64,000 nucleotides of DNA from assembly GCA_963699545.1 (NCBI GenBank), contig CAVOUE010000006.1, forward strand, positions 406,068-470,067, given 5' to 3'. How positions within the stretch are numbered: the stretch's first letter is position 1; each line of letters begins with the position of its first letter. Origin of the DNA: Nitrospirota bacterium (GTDB taxonomy: Bacteria > Nitrospirota > Thermodesulfovibrionia > Thermodesulfovibrionales > UBA9159). Made by a program: the position numbers and the translations under genes. Under the pieces are notes generated by a model, which saw only the letters and a program-made list of their open reading frames with translations, was not told the DNA's origin and did not search any database. Below are positions 1 to 9,421 of this stretch, one piece after another.

Positions 1-348
1 GCCCGCCTTCCTTCCGCTGGTGACGATGCAGAACCTCTTCACCCCGGCCTCTTTCGCTTCTCTGGCTTTTTCCAATACAGCGCTTTCATTCACAAGGGGA
101 TGCACGGGGACATCGGCTTTGCTCTTTGATGACTGTGCACAATAGGAACAGTCTTCGGAACATGCGCCCGATTTGGCGTTTATGATGGAGCAGAGATCAA
201 CGCTGCTTCCCCTGTATCTTTCCCGTATTTTGCAGGCCGCGGCAAAGAGCTGAAAGAGCTCACTGCCTGCGAGGGAAGCAATGTGGGACAGGTCGCCTCC
301 GGAAGGCACGTCGCCTGCCAATACTTTCTCTGTGAGCCTGTCTATCAT
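1..348 (-). CDS. bioB: Biotin synthase (5' part; runs off window start)
   Basis: Own translation from ATG at 348: MIDRLTEKVL...VDLCSIINAKSGACSEDCSYCAQSS...AKEAGVKRFCIVTSGR; radical-SAM CxxxCxxC in the BioB context. Not in the ORF track because it is truncated. Confidence 0.93.
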   Translation of the reverse strand, partial: MIDRLTEKVLAGDVPSGGDLSHIASLAGSELFQLFAAACKIRERYRGSSVDLCSIINAKSGACSEDCSYCAQSSKSKADVPVHPLVNESAVLEKAREAKEAGVKRFCIVTSGRKAG

Positions 349-351
349 TAT

Positions 352-1428
352 TCAGTCGTTGACAGACTCAATGATCCTGGCTTTATCGGTGACTTCCCTG
401 ACAGTCACGGACCCTATCTTCTGAGGGAGGATAAACTTCAACTTTCCCGCCACCGCCTTCTTGTCGAGACGCATCGAGGAAAGGACCCCCTCTGCATCAA
501 CGTCCGACCGTATCTCTGAAGGCAGTCCATACGCCGCTATGAGGGAACGCACCCGCTCTACCTCTCCCCCGTCCATATAGCCAAGGTGCGAAGAGAGCCT
601 TGCCTCGAGATACATCCCTATGGCCACGGCCTCCCCGTGCAGATACGTTGTGTATCCGGTGGCCGTTTCCAGCGCATGGCCTATCGTATGGCCGTAATTC
701 AGGATCGCCCTCAGCCCACCCTCTCTTTCGTCCCTGGAGACGATCTCCGACTTGATCTCACAGGAACGCTTGATGATATGCTCTAGGGCATGCCGGTCAA
801 GGTTCAGTATCTTTTCCCTGTTCTCCTCAAGGAACCGGAAAAGCTCCTCGTCCCATATGACGCCGTACTTGATGACTTCGGCCATCCCGGCAATGAACTG
901 ACGCTTCGGCAGTGATGCAAGCGTGCTAATATCCGCCCATACGAGCCCCGGCTGATAGAACGTCCCTATCATGTTCTTCCCGAGAGGATGGTTCACCCCG
1001 GTCTTTCCGCCTACGGAGCTGTCCACTTGGGCAAGAAGGGTCGTGGGGACCTGAATGAACGGGATCCCTCTCATATAGGCTGAGGCGACGAACCCGGTGA
1101 TATCGCCGATCACGCCGCCGCCAAGGGCGATCAACGCAGACGCCCTGTCGAACCTCTGTTTAAGAAGTTCTCCGAAGAGGTAATAAGCCCAGAGGAGCTC
1201 CTTGTACCCCTCACCGTCAGGGATGAGGATCACGGGCGCATCGAACCCGGCCTTGCTCAGGGAATCGGAAACCCTGGCGCCGTAGAACCCGTGAACGGTC
1301 GGATTGCTGATAACGGCCACGCGGCTGGGATGAAGCCCCTTCACCTTTTCGCCAAGGTCCCTGAGCGTGTCAGCGCCGATAAAGATGCCGTAACTCCTCT
1401 CTCCGAGCTCAACCCTTATCTCCTGCAT
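352..1428 (-). CDS. aroB: 3-dehydroquinate synthase
   Basis: GGGVIGD, PTTLLAQVDSSVGGKTGVN, LNYGHTIGHALE, HGEAVAIG motifs. Confidence 0.97.
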   Translation of the reverse strand: MQEIRVELGERSYGIFIGADTLRDLGEKVKGLHPSRVAVISNPTVHGFYGARVSDSLSKAGFDAPVILIPDGEGYKELLWAYYLFGELLKQRFDRASALIALGGGVIGDITGFVASAYMRGIPFIQVPTTLLAQVDSSVGGKTGVNHPLGKNMIGTFYQPGLVWADISTLASLPKRQFIAGMAEVIKYGVIWDEELFRFLEENREKILNLDRHALEHIIKRSCEIKSEIVSRDEREGGLRAILNYGHTIGHALETATGYTTYLHGEAVAIGMYLEARLSSHLGYMDGGEVERVRSLIAAYGLPSEIRSDVDAEGVLSSMRLDKKAVAGKLKFILPQKIGSVTVREVTDKARIIESVND

Positions 1429-1926
1429 CCCATCCTCTCCAGTATCTCCTTTGCGACAAGAAAGGGAGACTTCTCATCGGTTTCGATCATGATATCCGCC
1501 TTCTCGTAAAAGGGCTTCCTGAATTCCAGAAGCTCTTTAATCTTTTTGAGCGGGTCCTTCACCTGGAGAAGGGGTCTTTCATCGTTGCCCCTGGTCCTTC
1601 CGAGGACCGTCTCCCGGACTTGCCCAGAGACATACGATAACCCCATGCTCTCTGAGGATATCCATGTTCTCCTGCCGGAGGACCGCTCCGCCGCCCGTGG
1701 AGATGATCACGCTCCGGTCCTGCGAAACTTTCCTTATCATCCCGGTCTCTATATCCCTGAAGGCGGGTTCCCCGAGCGTGCTGAAGATCTCATGTATGGT
1801 CATGTTCCGGGCCTTGACGATCTCATCGTCCACATCGATGATCTTCCACCCAAGGATCCGGGAAAGCTCTCTTCCCACCGCCGTCTTGCCCGCACCCATG
1901 AAACCGGTAAGAACAATGTTCTTCAT
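1416..1926 (-). CDS. aroK: Shikimate kinase (one +1 frameshift near 1615)
   Basis: Walker A GFMGAGKT and STGGG in ORF 1579-1926; lid RPLL and C-terminus in ORF 1416-1646. Removing one G in CCGGGAGACG restores ...WASPETVLGR... Confidence 0.93.
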
Positions 1927-1964
1927 TTATGAGCTAACCTTCTTGATTCAGCCTTCGATTCTTG

Positions 1965-2128
1965 CCACAGAGGCACTGAGACACAGAGATAAACCTAAAA
2001 AGACTGAACGTTTCATGCTTCATCGATTCCTTGAGATTCAAAACCCTCCGAGCCTGATCCAAAAAAATCTTGACGTAATCTTGAGGCTGAAATGCGCTTG
2101 TCTTCTCCGTGCCTCGGTGTCTCTGTGG
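1965..2128. repeat. Intergenic element bounded by 25-bp imperfect inverted repeats built from CAC(A/T/G)GAG(A/G) octamers
   Basis: 1965-1989 ccacagaggcactgagacacagaga vs reverse complement of 2104-2128 ccacagagacaccgaggcacggaga: 21/25 match. Confidence 0.75.
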
Positions 2129-2142
2129 TTAATTGTCTTTTG

Positions 2143-3392
2143 TCAGAATTGTTTTACATATTCCGTGTACGACCTATAGTTCCTCATAACCTCTTCCATG
2201 TCGTCTCCGCCGAACTTCTCGAGAAAGGCATCAGCAATGACCAGGGCAGTCATCGCTTCACCGACTACCGCTGCCGCCGGCACCGCGCAGACGTCAGAAC
2301 GCTCGTAGGCAGCCTCGATCGGCTCCTTGCTGACCATATCCACAGAATTGAGGGGTCTCCTCAACGTAGGGATCGGCTTCATGCCCGCCCTGATGGTAAC
2401 GGGCATTCCGTTCGTCATGCCTCCCTCGATCCCGCCTGCGTTGTTGGTCTTCCGGTAAAAACCAGGGCGTAACGTGTAACGTGCAGCGTGTGGAGAACCC
2501 GGGGTGTTGACCTTTGACTTCCGACTTCTCGCTTCTGGCTTCTGCTCGTAGAATATCTCATCCATAACCTCGGAACCGGACCTGCCCGACATCTCAAATC
2601 CGAGGCCGACCTCCACCGCCTTGATCGCCTGAACGGACATCAGCGCCCGGGCGAGTCTTCCGTCCAATCTTCTGTCCCACTGGATGTAGCTTCCCACCCC
2701 AGGCGGAACGCCTGTCACAAATACCTCGAAAACACCCCCGAGGGAGTTACCCTCCTTCATGGCGCTCTTAATGACCGAGACCATTTTCTTGGAAGCATCC
2801 GCATCAGGACACCTCACCGACGAGGTCTCAGCTTTCTCAAACATTTCGAAAAGTTCTTTTTCCTTAAGCTGACTGCTGACCGCTGACCGCTGACTGCCTA
2901 TCTGTATCACATAACTTCCGACCCTGATACCGAATTCGGAGAGGAATCTCTTTGCCACAGCCCCCAGGGCGACCCTCATGGCGGTTTCCCTCGCACTTGA
3001 CCGCTCCAGGATGTTCCGTATGTCGTCCTGGTGATACTTTATGGCCCCTGACAGGTCCGCATGCCCCGGCCTCGGCTTTGTTACCGGAGGTATCGAGCCC
3101 TTGAACCCGGCATCTTCGGACATGCCCTCAGCCCAGTTCTTGTGATCCCTGTTCTCTATCAGAAGGGCGATGGGAGAACCGATGGTCTTGCCCCAGCGGA
3201 CCCCGGAGAGGATCTCGGCATGGTCCGACTCAATCTTCATCCTTCCCCCCTGCCGAAGCCGGACTGTCTTCTTTTCAGTTCGACGTCGATATCAGAGGAA
3301 GAAAGGGCAAGGTTTGCCGGAACGCCTTCCAGAATCCCGGTGAGGGCCTTTCCATGGGATTCCCCTGCGGTAAGAAATCTAAGGCTTGACAT
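2143..3392 (-). CDS. aroC: Chorismate synthase (frameshift in G-run at 3245-3250)
   Basis: ATG 3392 gives [23 protein letters not shown]...RRQSGFGRG; joins ORF 2143-3240 ([33 protein letters not shown]) if the G6 run is G7. Confidence 0.95.
2468..2544. repeat. Degenerate heptamer arrays inside aroC
   Basis: cgtaacg-tgtaacg-tgcagcg (2468-2488) and ttgacct-ttgactt-ccgactt-ctcgctt-ctggctt (2507-2541); within the insert [27 protein letters not shown]. Confidence 0.65.
2868..2895. repeat. (GCTGACY)4 heptamer array inside aroC
   Basis: gctgact gctgacc gctgacc gctgact; reads SQRSAVSSQ on the coding strand. Confidence 0.85.
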
Positions 3393-3426
3393 GGCACATT
3401 GTGTCCAATCCTCTCCGGTCTCCGGC

Positions 3427-5538
3427 CTATTCCCTGCGTCTCAGAATCGCCGCAAGCAGGAGGGGCATCAGCATCACCGCAAAGTCAGCCACCGCCGTGG
3501 GGGTGTTCTGACGTGCGCCGACAGAGCAGCCGCCTCCTCCTCCCCCGCCACTGCTGCTGCCGCCCCCGTCTCCTGAACTCTGGGTTGTTGCGGAGGCTTC
3601 ATTGGAATAGAGGGAATTCCCTGCTGCTGCACTGAAGGCCCTGACCCTGTGAGTAAAAGAGGTGCCGGGGGGAAGCCCTGACTGCGTGAACGTCGTGGTG
3701 TTCGGCCCCACAGTTGCTGTCTGGACAAAGCCACCTGCATCCTTCCTTTCAATGGCATATCCCTCTTCACTCTGTGAGTTGTCTGTCCATGTAAGCATTA
3801 TCTGCGTTGTGGATATCCCGGTAGCGGTGAGCCCGGTGGGAGGGTTCAGGGGTGTTGTGACGGACGCCTCACCGGAATAAGAAGAATCTCCCTCTATGAG
3901 AGCACCCCCTGGAGGATTGGGGAGGGAGTTAAATGCCCTCACTCTGTATGTCGATGTCGTGCCGTCAGCAAGACCATTGTCGGTAAATGTGGTCACGTTC
4001 GCAGCGAGTGTTGTTATCTCGCTGAAAGAGCCTCCTCCAGTTTTCTTCTCAACTTTGTACCCGTCCTCACCTGTAGCGTTGTCCGTCCACGTGAGACCGA
4101 TCTGGGTCGCGGATGTTGCTGAGGCAGTAAGGTTGGTCGGTGTCAGCAGGGATGACAATGCCTTGTATGCATTGATCCTTCCTCCTGTCATTATCTTGCC
4201 ATTGAGCGTTGGCAATACATCGACGTACCTTAGGATTGTCCCGCGTATCTGGGAATAGGTGAAGTTCGTGTAGTAACTGTATAGCAATCCCGCCAGGCCC
4301 GAGACAAAAGGGGTCGACATGGAAGTGCCGGATATGAAACCGTACGTACTCGGCAGAAGGGTACTCAGAATGCTTACCCCCGGCGCCGCAACATGAACCG
4401 AGTTGCCGAAATTCGAAAAAAACGCCAGGCTGTCGCCCTGGTCCGTGGCGGTAACGGATATTATATTCGGCAAACTGTAATTCGCCGGATAATTCGGCGC
4501 CTGATCATTACTTGTTCCGTCATTGCCGGCAGCGGCCATGAGGAGAACCCCTGCACTGTTCGCGGCGCTCACTGCAGCAAGCTCGGACTGCGCAACACCA
4601 CCACCCGCAAAACTCGCATTCATCGCCTTTATATTCACTCCCCTGTTCTTCATCATCACCGCGTAGTCAATGGCAGCGACCTCATCTCCAATGGACCCGT
4701 CACCATCTGCATTGAGGAACTTCAACGGCATGAGCTTCACATTCCACACCACACCGGCAACGCCTGTCCCGTTATTTCCAACTGCGCCCACAATCCCGGA
4801 CACATGGGTTCCATGGCCCTCGCTGTCGTTATCCATGGGGTTGTTCCCCGGTAATTTTGGGATAATGCAGGCGAACGTCGATTGATTAAACTCTGCGCAC
4901 GTAGTGAAATCCCATCCTCTACAGTCGTTAATAAACCCATTGCCGTCATGATCGATGCCGTCAGTACAAGTCTCCCCCGGATTTGTCCATATATTCTGCG
5001 TCAAATCAGGATGATTAAGATCGATCCCCGTATCCACGACCGCAATAACAACGGTGCTGTTCCCCGTGCTGATATCCCACGCCTGGGGCGCATTTATCTT
5101 CGGGAGTGCATATTGCTGGCTGAAAAACGGATCATTGGGCGTCACCGAAGCCCGTCTTATATAATTAGGCTCGGCATATTCCACGGTCGGGTCTGACATA
5201 TATTTGATAATTCCATCTCTTACCGAAAGGCCCTGGGGAAGCTTCACGTGTTCAAGATTGGGGACAAGAGCATACCTCCGGAGCGATGTCGCGCCCAACG
5301 CCTGGTGTGTCTTCAGAGAGGAAGCGGCCAGGACTCCTCCCCTGAACTTCACAAGAAGTTCTCCTTCCCTGTATTTCCCCCTTTCCATAGTGGATAAAAC
5401 AGACTGAACCGAGACCCGGGAAGAGCTGACCTCGTTCGACGCAGCTGAAATGGGAGAATCCGAAGAAAGCCCAGGGGTCTTATCGCTCCCGCAGGATACC
5501 AGGAACAGGAACAGGAAAGTGTAAACAATTCTCTTCAT
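3427..5538 (-). CDS. Subtilisin-like S8 serine peptidase; lipoprotein, two Fn3 domains, Cys-containing C-terminal sorting tail
   Basis: Lipobox FLVS-C; triad VVDTG / HGTHVSG / GTSMS; two Fn3-like repeats (PTNLTA..WTDN..YRVRA); tail [37 protein letters not shown]. Confidence 0.93.
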   Translation of the reverse strand: MKRIVYTFLFLFLVSCGSDKTPGLSSDSPISAASNEVSSSRVSVQSVLSTMERGKYREGELLVKFRGGVLAASSLKTHQALGATSLRRYALVPNLEHVKLPQGLSVRDGIIKYMSDPTVEYAEPNYIRRASVTPNDPFFSQQYALPKINAPQAWDISTGNSTVVIAVVDTGIDLNHPDLTQNIWTNPGETCTDGIDHDGNGFINDCRGWDFTTCAEFNQSTFACIIPKLPGNNPMDNDSEGHGTHVSGIVGAVGNNGTGVAGVVWNVKLMPLKFLNADGDGSIGDEVAAIDYAVMMKNRGVNIKAMNASFAGGGVAQSELAAVSAANSAGVLLMAAAGNDGTSNDQAPNYPANYSLPNIISVTATDQGDSLAFFSNFGNSVHVAAPGVSILSTLLPSTYGFISGTSMSTPFVSGLAGLLYSYYTNFTYSQIRGTILRYVDVLPTLNGKIMTGGRINAYKALSSLLTPTNLTASATSATQIGLTWTDNATGEDGYKVEKKTGGGSFSEITTLAANVTTFTDNGLADGTTSTYRVRAFNSLPNPPGGALIEGDSSYSGEASVTTPLNPPTGLTATGISTTQIMLTWTDNSQSEEGYAIERKDAGGFVQTATVGPNTTTFTQSGLPPGTSFTHRVRAFSAAAGNSLYSNEASATTQSSGDGGGSSSGGGGGGGCSVGARQNTPTAVADFAVMLMPLLLAAILRRRE

Positions 5539-5571
5539 TTTTTCCCCTCACGTGGAACTTTTTGTTTACCG

Positions 5572-6075
5572 TTAGAGTATATCATAAACTCCCAAAAACA
5601 CAATATTTGAGGCGAAATGAAAGATGGCGGACGGCAGGACATTTGATGTCCGACAATAGAGAAAGCCCATCACCAGGGAAGGGAAGAACGTCAATAACGC
5701 ATAGGGGTCACGGTAGATAACAAACTGAGGAAGATGCACGAGAGCGAACAGGAGACTCACCACGACGACTCCCTTCATCGTGTTGCCCAGCCTCTCCTGG
5801 AGGAATCCCCTGAAATAGACCTCCTCAGGGAGGGAGACACCGAGGAGCTGAAAGATCACGGCGCTCACAGGTAATACCATAAAAGGTCTTCCCGGCTGGG
5901 AAGCGAAATACCAGAAGGGTAACAACACTGCGGCGGATACGGCAATGCCCGTTGCCGCGTCCCTCACCGAGAATCTGAGATGGAGAGTTCGCTGGAAGAG
6001 AACCGGCGCACCAAGAAGATAGAGCGGGATCAGGTACTTGAAGAGGGGCCGGGGAAAGGCGTGATATGCACACAC
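5572..6075 (-). CDS. CPBP (Abi/CAAX-protease) family glutamic intramembrane protease; candidate myxosortase/MrtJ-like sorting enzyme
   Basis: Motifs PEEVYFRG, FALVH, HFASN; several hydrophobic segments. The frame stays open upstream to about 6130, so the true start may be earlier. Confidence 0.85.
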   Translation of the reverse strand: MCAYHAFPRPLFKYLIPLYLLGAPVLFQRTLHLRFSVRDAATGIAVSAAVLLPFWYFASQPGRPFMVLPVSAVIFQLLGVSLPEEVYFRGFLQERLGNTMKGVVVVSLLFALVHLPQFVIYRDPYALLTFFPSLVMGFLYCRTSNVLPSAIFHFASNIVFLGVYDIL

Positions 6076-6149
6076 CAGTACGAACAGTATCAGGTATGTA
6101 GAGAGTGTCTTTCCCCTCCGGATATCCAGTCTAACCCTTATCCCTCAAA

Positions 6150-7925
6150 TTATCTCTTGCGCCTTAATAGTGCTGCGAGCAGTAACGGCGTCAGCAGCAC
6201 GGCGAGGTCGGCCATTGCCGTTGGAGCATTCTGTTTTGCACTTATGGAACAGCCACCGCCGGAAGAGGATTGCTGGGGCTCTGGTGAAGGTGTCGGCAGC
6301 GTCGTTGCGGATGCCTCGTTCGAGTAGGCAGAATCCGCGGGGATTGTATTGAACGCCCTCACCCTGTATGTGTAGCTCGTGTTTGCGACCAGACCGCCAT
6401 CCGTAAACGTATACGCCACCGGAGGCTGAGGAATGACATTCGGCCTCGATATCGGCGCGATCGTTGTTATCTGGACATAGGCACCGTTCCCCAACTTTCT
6501 CTCTATCTTGTACCCATCTTCACCTGTGGCATTCCCTGCCCATGCAAGCGAAATCTCTGTTGAGGAGGTAGCGTTGGCGGTAAGGCCTGTCGGTTGCTGC
6601 AGGGATGATACCGCCCTATACGCATTGATCCTCGCTCTTGTCTGAACCAGGACATTATTGTCCGGCAGCAGATCGGCATATCTCAGAATCGTTGCCCGAA
6701 CCTGAGAGTAGGTGAAATCGGAGTAGTAGCTGAAGAGCAATCCCGCAAGCCCCGAGACGTGAGGGGCAGCCATGGAAGTGCCGTCACAAAAATCATAGCT
6801 CACGACAAAAGAATTGCTGCAGAGAGATCTAAAACTCCCTGCTACACCGGTCGCGGGCACCGTGCTCAGGATGTACACGCCGGGCGCGGTGACATGGACC
6901 GAATTGAGACCGAAGTTGCTAAATGTCGCCATCTTGTCAGTCTGGTCAGTGGCAGCAACGGAGATGATATTGGGCAGCGGGTAACTTGCGGGATATACCG
7001 GATTCACATCATTGTTGTTCGAATCATTCCCCGCAGCAGCGACCACCAGCGCTCCCGCATTCCTTGCGAAATCGATGGCATCAAGCACGGTCTGGGAAAA
7101 ACCAAATCCGCCGAGGCTCAGATTGATCACTTTCGCTCCGTTTGAAGCGGCAAAGGTGATGCCGGACGCTACGGCGCTTATCGGACACGCATCGGAAGCA
7201 CATACCTTTACCGGCATCAAACGCGCATTCCAGATCACTCCGCTGGTTCCTAACCCGTTATTCCCGAGCGCGCCGATAATACCTGCCACATGGGTCCCGT
7301 GCCCGTCAATGTCGGAGGTGTCCGCATTGTCGTCAATGAAATTAAAGCCTGGGATAACATTATTCAGCAGGTCGACGTGGTTCGGGTCCACGCCCGAATC
7401 AGCCACCGCCACGATCACATTGCTGTTCTTCACTATATCCCATGCCCACGGCGCCCTTATGTCCGCACCTTCCTTGCCGCTTGCGAATTGGCCGGTATTG
7501 TAAAGCCCCCACTGCTGCGGGAAAAAATATGTGTCATTCGGAAGAATGAAGGGATGCATCACGTAGTTAGGCTCGGCATACGCCACGCCGGGATCCGACA
7601 TGTACCGGATGATCGCATCTTTCACCGAAAGACCCTGCGGAAGCCTGACGTGATCGACATTTATGAGGGCGATCTTTCTTACAGGCGCCGCGCCGACGGA
7701 CTGATGAGTCTGCAATGAAGCTGCCGTGAGCACCCCCGGCTTGAACTTCACAAGAAGCTCTCCTTCTTTATACCTTCCCTTTTCCATAGTGGATAAAATA
7801 GACTGAACGGTGACCTTTGGGGCGCTGACCTCCTTTGACGCATCCGGGGCAAGGCTTGAGGTAGTGCCGCTCCCGCAGGATACCAACAAAAGAACCATAA
7901 AAAGATAGATAATCTTATTCTTCAT
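6150..7925 (-). CDS. Second S8 serine peptidase paralog; lipoprotein, one Fn3 domain, Cys-containing C-terminal tail
   Basis: Lipobox LLVS-C; ADSG / HGTHVAG / GTSMAA; tail SSGGGCSISAKQNAPTAMADLAVLLTPLLLAALLRRKR; N-terminus clearly paralogous to 3427-5538. Confidence 0.93.
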   Translation of the reverse strand: MKNKIIYLFMVLLLVSCGSGTTSSLAPDASKEVSAPKVTVQSILSTMEKGRYKEGELLVKFKPGVLTAASLQTHQSVGAAPVRKIALINVDHVRLPQGLSVKDAIIRYMSDPGVAYAEPNYVMHPFILPNDTYFFPQQWGLYNTGQFASGKEGADIRAPWAWDIVKNSNVIVAVADSGVDPNHVDLLNNVIPGFNFIDDNADTSDIDGHGTHVAGIIGALGNNGLGTSGVIWNARLMPVKVCASDACPISAVASGITFAASNGAKVINLSLGGFGFSQTVLDAIDFARNAGALVVAAAGNDSNNNDVNPVYPASYPLPNIISVAATDQTDKMATFSNFGLNSVHVTAPGVYILSTVPATGVAGSFRSLCSNSFVVSYDFCDGTSMAAPHVSGLAGLLFSYYSDFTYSQVRATILRYADLLPDNNVLVQTRARINAYRAVSSLQQPTGLTANATSSTEISLAWAGNATGEDGYKIERKLGNGAYVQITTIAPISRPNVIPQPPVAYTFTDGGLVANTSYTYRVRAFNTIPADSAYSNEASATTLPTPSPEPQQSSSGGGCSISAKQNAPTAMADLAVLLTPLLLAALLRRKR

Positions 7926-7972
7926 CTTGTCCTCTCCTTAAATTAAAAGAGTTTTTATCTATTCCACCTTAA

Positions 7973-8001
7973 ATTGAAGCACATTAATTCTTTATTGTCA
8001 A
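7973..8001 (-). promoter_or_regulatory. Putative sigma70 promoter for the peptidase-CPBP-peptidase unit
   Basis: Minus strand TTGACA (7996-8001), 17 nt, TTCAAT in an AT-rich tract about 50 bp upstream of ATG 7925. Confidence 0.45.
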
Positions 8002-8046
8002 GTATTTTTAGACTTTTATTAGAGTTTTTTGTTAAGAAATATTGCT

Positions 8047-8175
8047 TTATTTTATAAAGGGATAAGGGAGGAGTTCCTGAACCGAATATTTTTTGATACC
8101 GGCATCAGATGCCAGATATATTTCGATGTCGGGGGCGAACTCCACAAGCAATGTATCGACGTCGGCAGGAACCAT
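8047..8175 (-). pseudogene. 3' remnant of a cytidine-deaminase-like gene
   Basis: Translates MVPADVDTLLVEFAPDIEIYLASDAGIKKYSVQELLPYPFIK*, resembling the Cdd C-terminus (RQxLxEF...ELLPxxF); an out-of-frame GGT TCC TGC CGA (GSCR) lies at its 5' end. Confidence 0.45.
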
Positions 8176-8190
8176 CGTTGTTGCAGGCGG

Positions 8191-8261
8191 TCAGCTATCA
8201 GTTGTCAGCGGTCAGCAAGAAAGACTAAAAGGCTTAGAGCTAATGGCTGAAAGCTGATTGC
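8191..8261. repeat. Inverted heptamer arrays (TCAGCNN)n ... (GCTGANN)n
   Basis: tcagcta tcagttg tcagcgg tcagcaa (8191-8218) and gctaatg gctgaaa gctgatt gc (8239-8261); same core as the aroC array. Confidence 0.8.
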
Positions 8262-8265
8262 TCTC

Positions 8266-8997
8266 TTAGTAATTCATTATCTCGAGCAGGTCTTCCATGT
8301 CCTTTTCGTCGTCGCCCCTGAGAAGCAGCTTCTTTTCTCTCATATCGCTCATCGCCTTTTCCCTGTTCCCCCGGTAAGAAGGATCCATGTCCACAGCCTT
8401 TTTCAGGGCGGTGGCGGCATCCCCGTATCTTCCCAAAGCGTTATAACAGAGGGCAAGCCCGTAATAGGGCTGATGAAAATCGGAATTTCTCTTTGCCGCC
8501 TCCCGATAGGCATCCATTGACTCATCATATCTCTTTATCCTGTAGTATGCCCTGCCCAGATTGTTGAAAGCCCTGTCCGTGTTCCGGTACAGGGGATTCG
8601 CGATCGCAGCCTTGTAGGAACTCACCGCGTCATCGTACTTCCCCAGTTTCTCATAGGCGCCCCCCAGATTGTTTGACGCCTCAGAGAAGCTCTTGTCCAC
8701 CTTGAGGGCCCTCTGGAAATACTCTATCGCCCTGGGATAGTCTTCGAGTTTCATAAGGTAGATGACACCGATGCCGTTGAGGACCTCCTTGTCCATGGGG
8801 TTAAGCTCAAGGGCCTTCTGGAACTCCACAAAGGCCGGCTGGATATTGTTGTCATTAAGGTAGGATAGGCCCAACTGGCGGTGGGCTGATGCCTTCTGCG
8901 CCTTTTCCTCATTGGACGTCGTCGCACAGGCCCCCACCAGGAGAACGGGCATCAGGGTCAGAGCGACCAGTACACAGACGAATTTCTGTCTTACCAT
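8266..8997 (-). CDS. TPR-repeat lipoprotein, PilF/PilW-like
   Basis: Probable start ATG 8997 (MVRQKF...LLVGA-C lipobox); multiple TPRs (ASNNLGGAY, AFNNLGRAY), NPLYRN motif. Confidence 0.75.
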   Translation of the reverse strand: MVRQKFVCVLVALTLMPVLLVGACATTSNEEKAQKASAHRQLGLSYLNDNNIQPAFVEFQKALELNPMDKEVLNGIGVIYLMKLEDYPRAIEYFQRALKVDKSFSEASNNLGGAYEKLGKYDDAVSSYKAAIANPLYRNTDRAFNNLGRAYYRIKRYDESMDAYREAAKRNSDFHQPYYGLALCYNALGRYGDAATALKKAVDMDPSYRGNREKAMSDMREKKLLLRGDDEKDMEDLLEIMNY

Positions 8998-9421
8998 ATC
9001 GATCACTAAAATTATCAGAAAGGTCTCGTACATGTAAAGAACAAATTTTGCCTCTGTGCGCATCAAGGGACCACTTCCACTCCCTGATTCCCCCGCAGTA
9101 TTGCGTCCTGTCCTCATCAAATACTTTTCTTGGGGGGGAGGGAATTCATATGGATGGCAGTCTTGAATAGAGTATAACTGGTGGACTGGACCAATGACGT
9201 CATGGCACGGCTCCAATGGCGAAAGAACGCATAATTTGTCATTATACGCTGCCATTTTTTGCTCATCACTCTTGACCCCACTTCTTCCTTCTTCAACAAA
9301 TACTTTTAATTTCGTCAGTTATAGCACGGGGAGCATTCAAAATATCAGGCATGTTGATTGCATATTTTTTTTGAAGCCCAGTAGTACCACAATGACCAAG
9401 GAAGATAAGAGGAGATCCGAT

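Noticed and set aside
1416-3392. Programmed frameshifting or phase variation in aroK/aroC
   Set aside because: The same kind of indel affects many unrelated genes, including murA and eno; sequencing error is the simpler explanation.
8998-9421. N-terminal extensions of ORFs 8266-9255 and 9194-12724, and ORF 9117-9299
   Set aside because: The signal peptides and SD point to starts at 8997 and 9422; the region is better read as a divergent promoter region.
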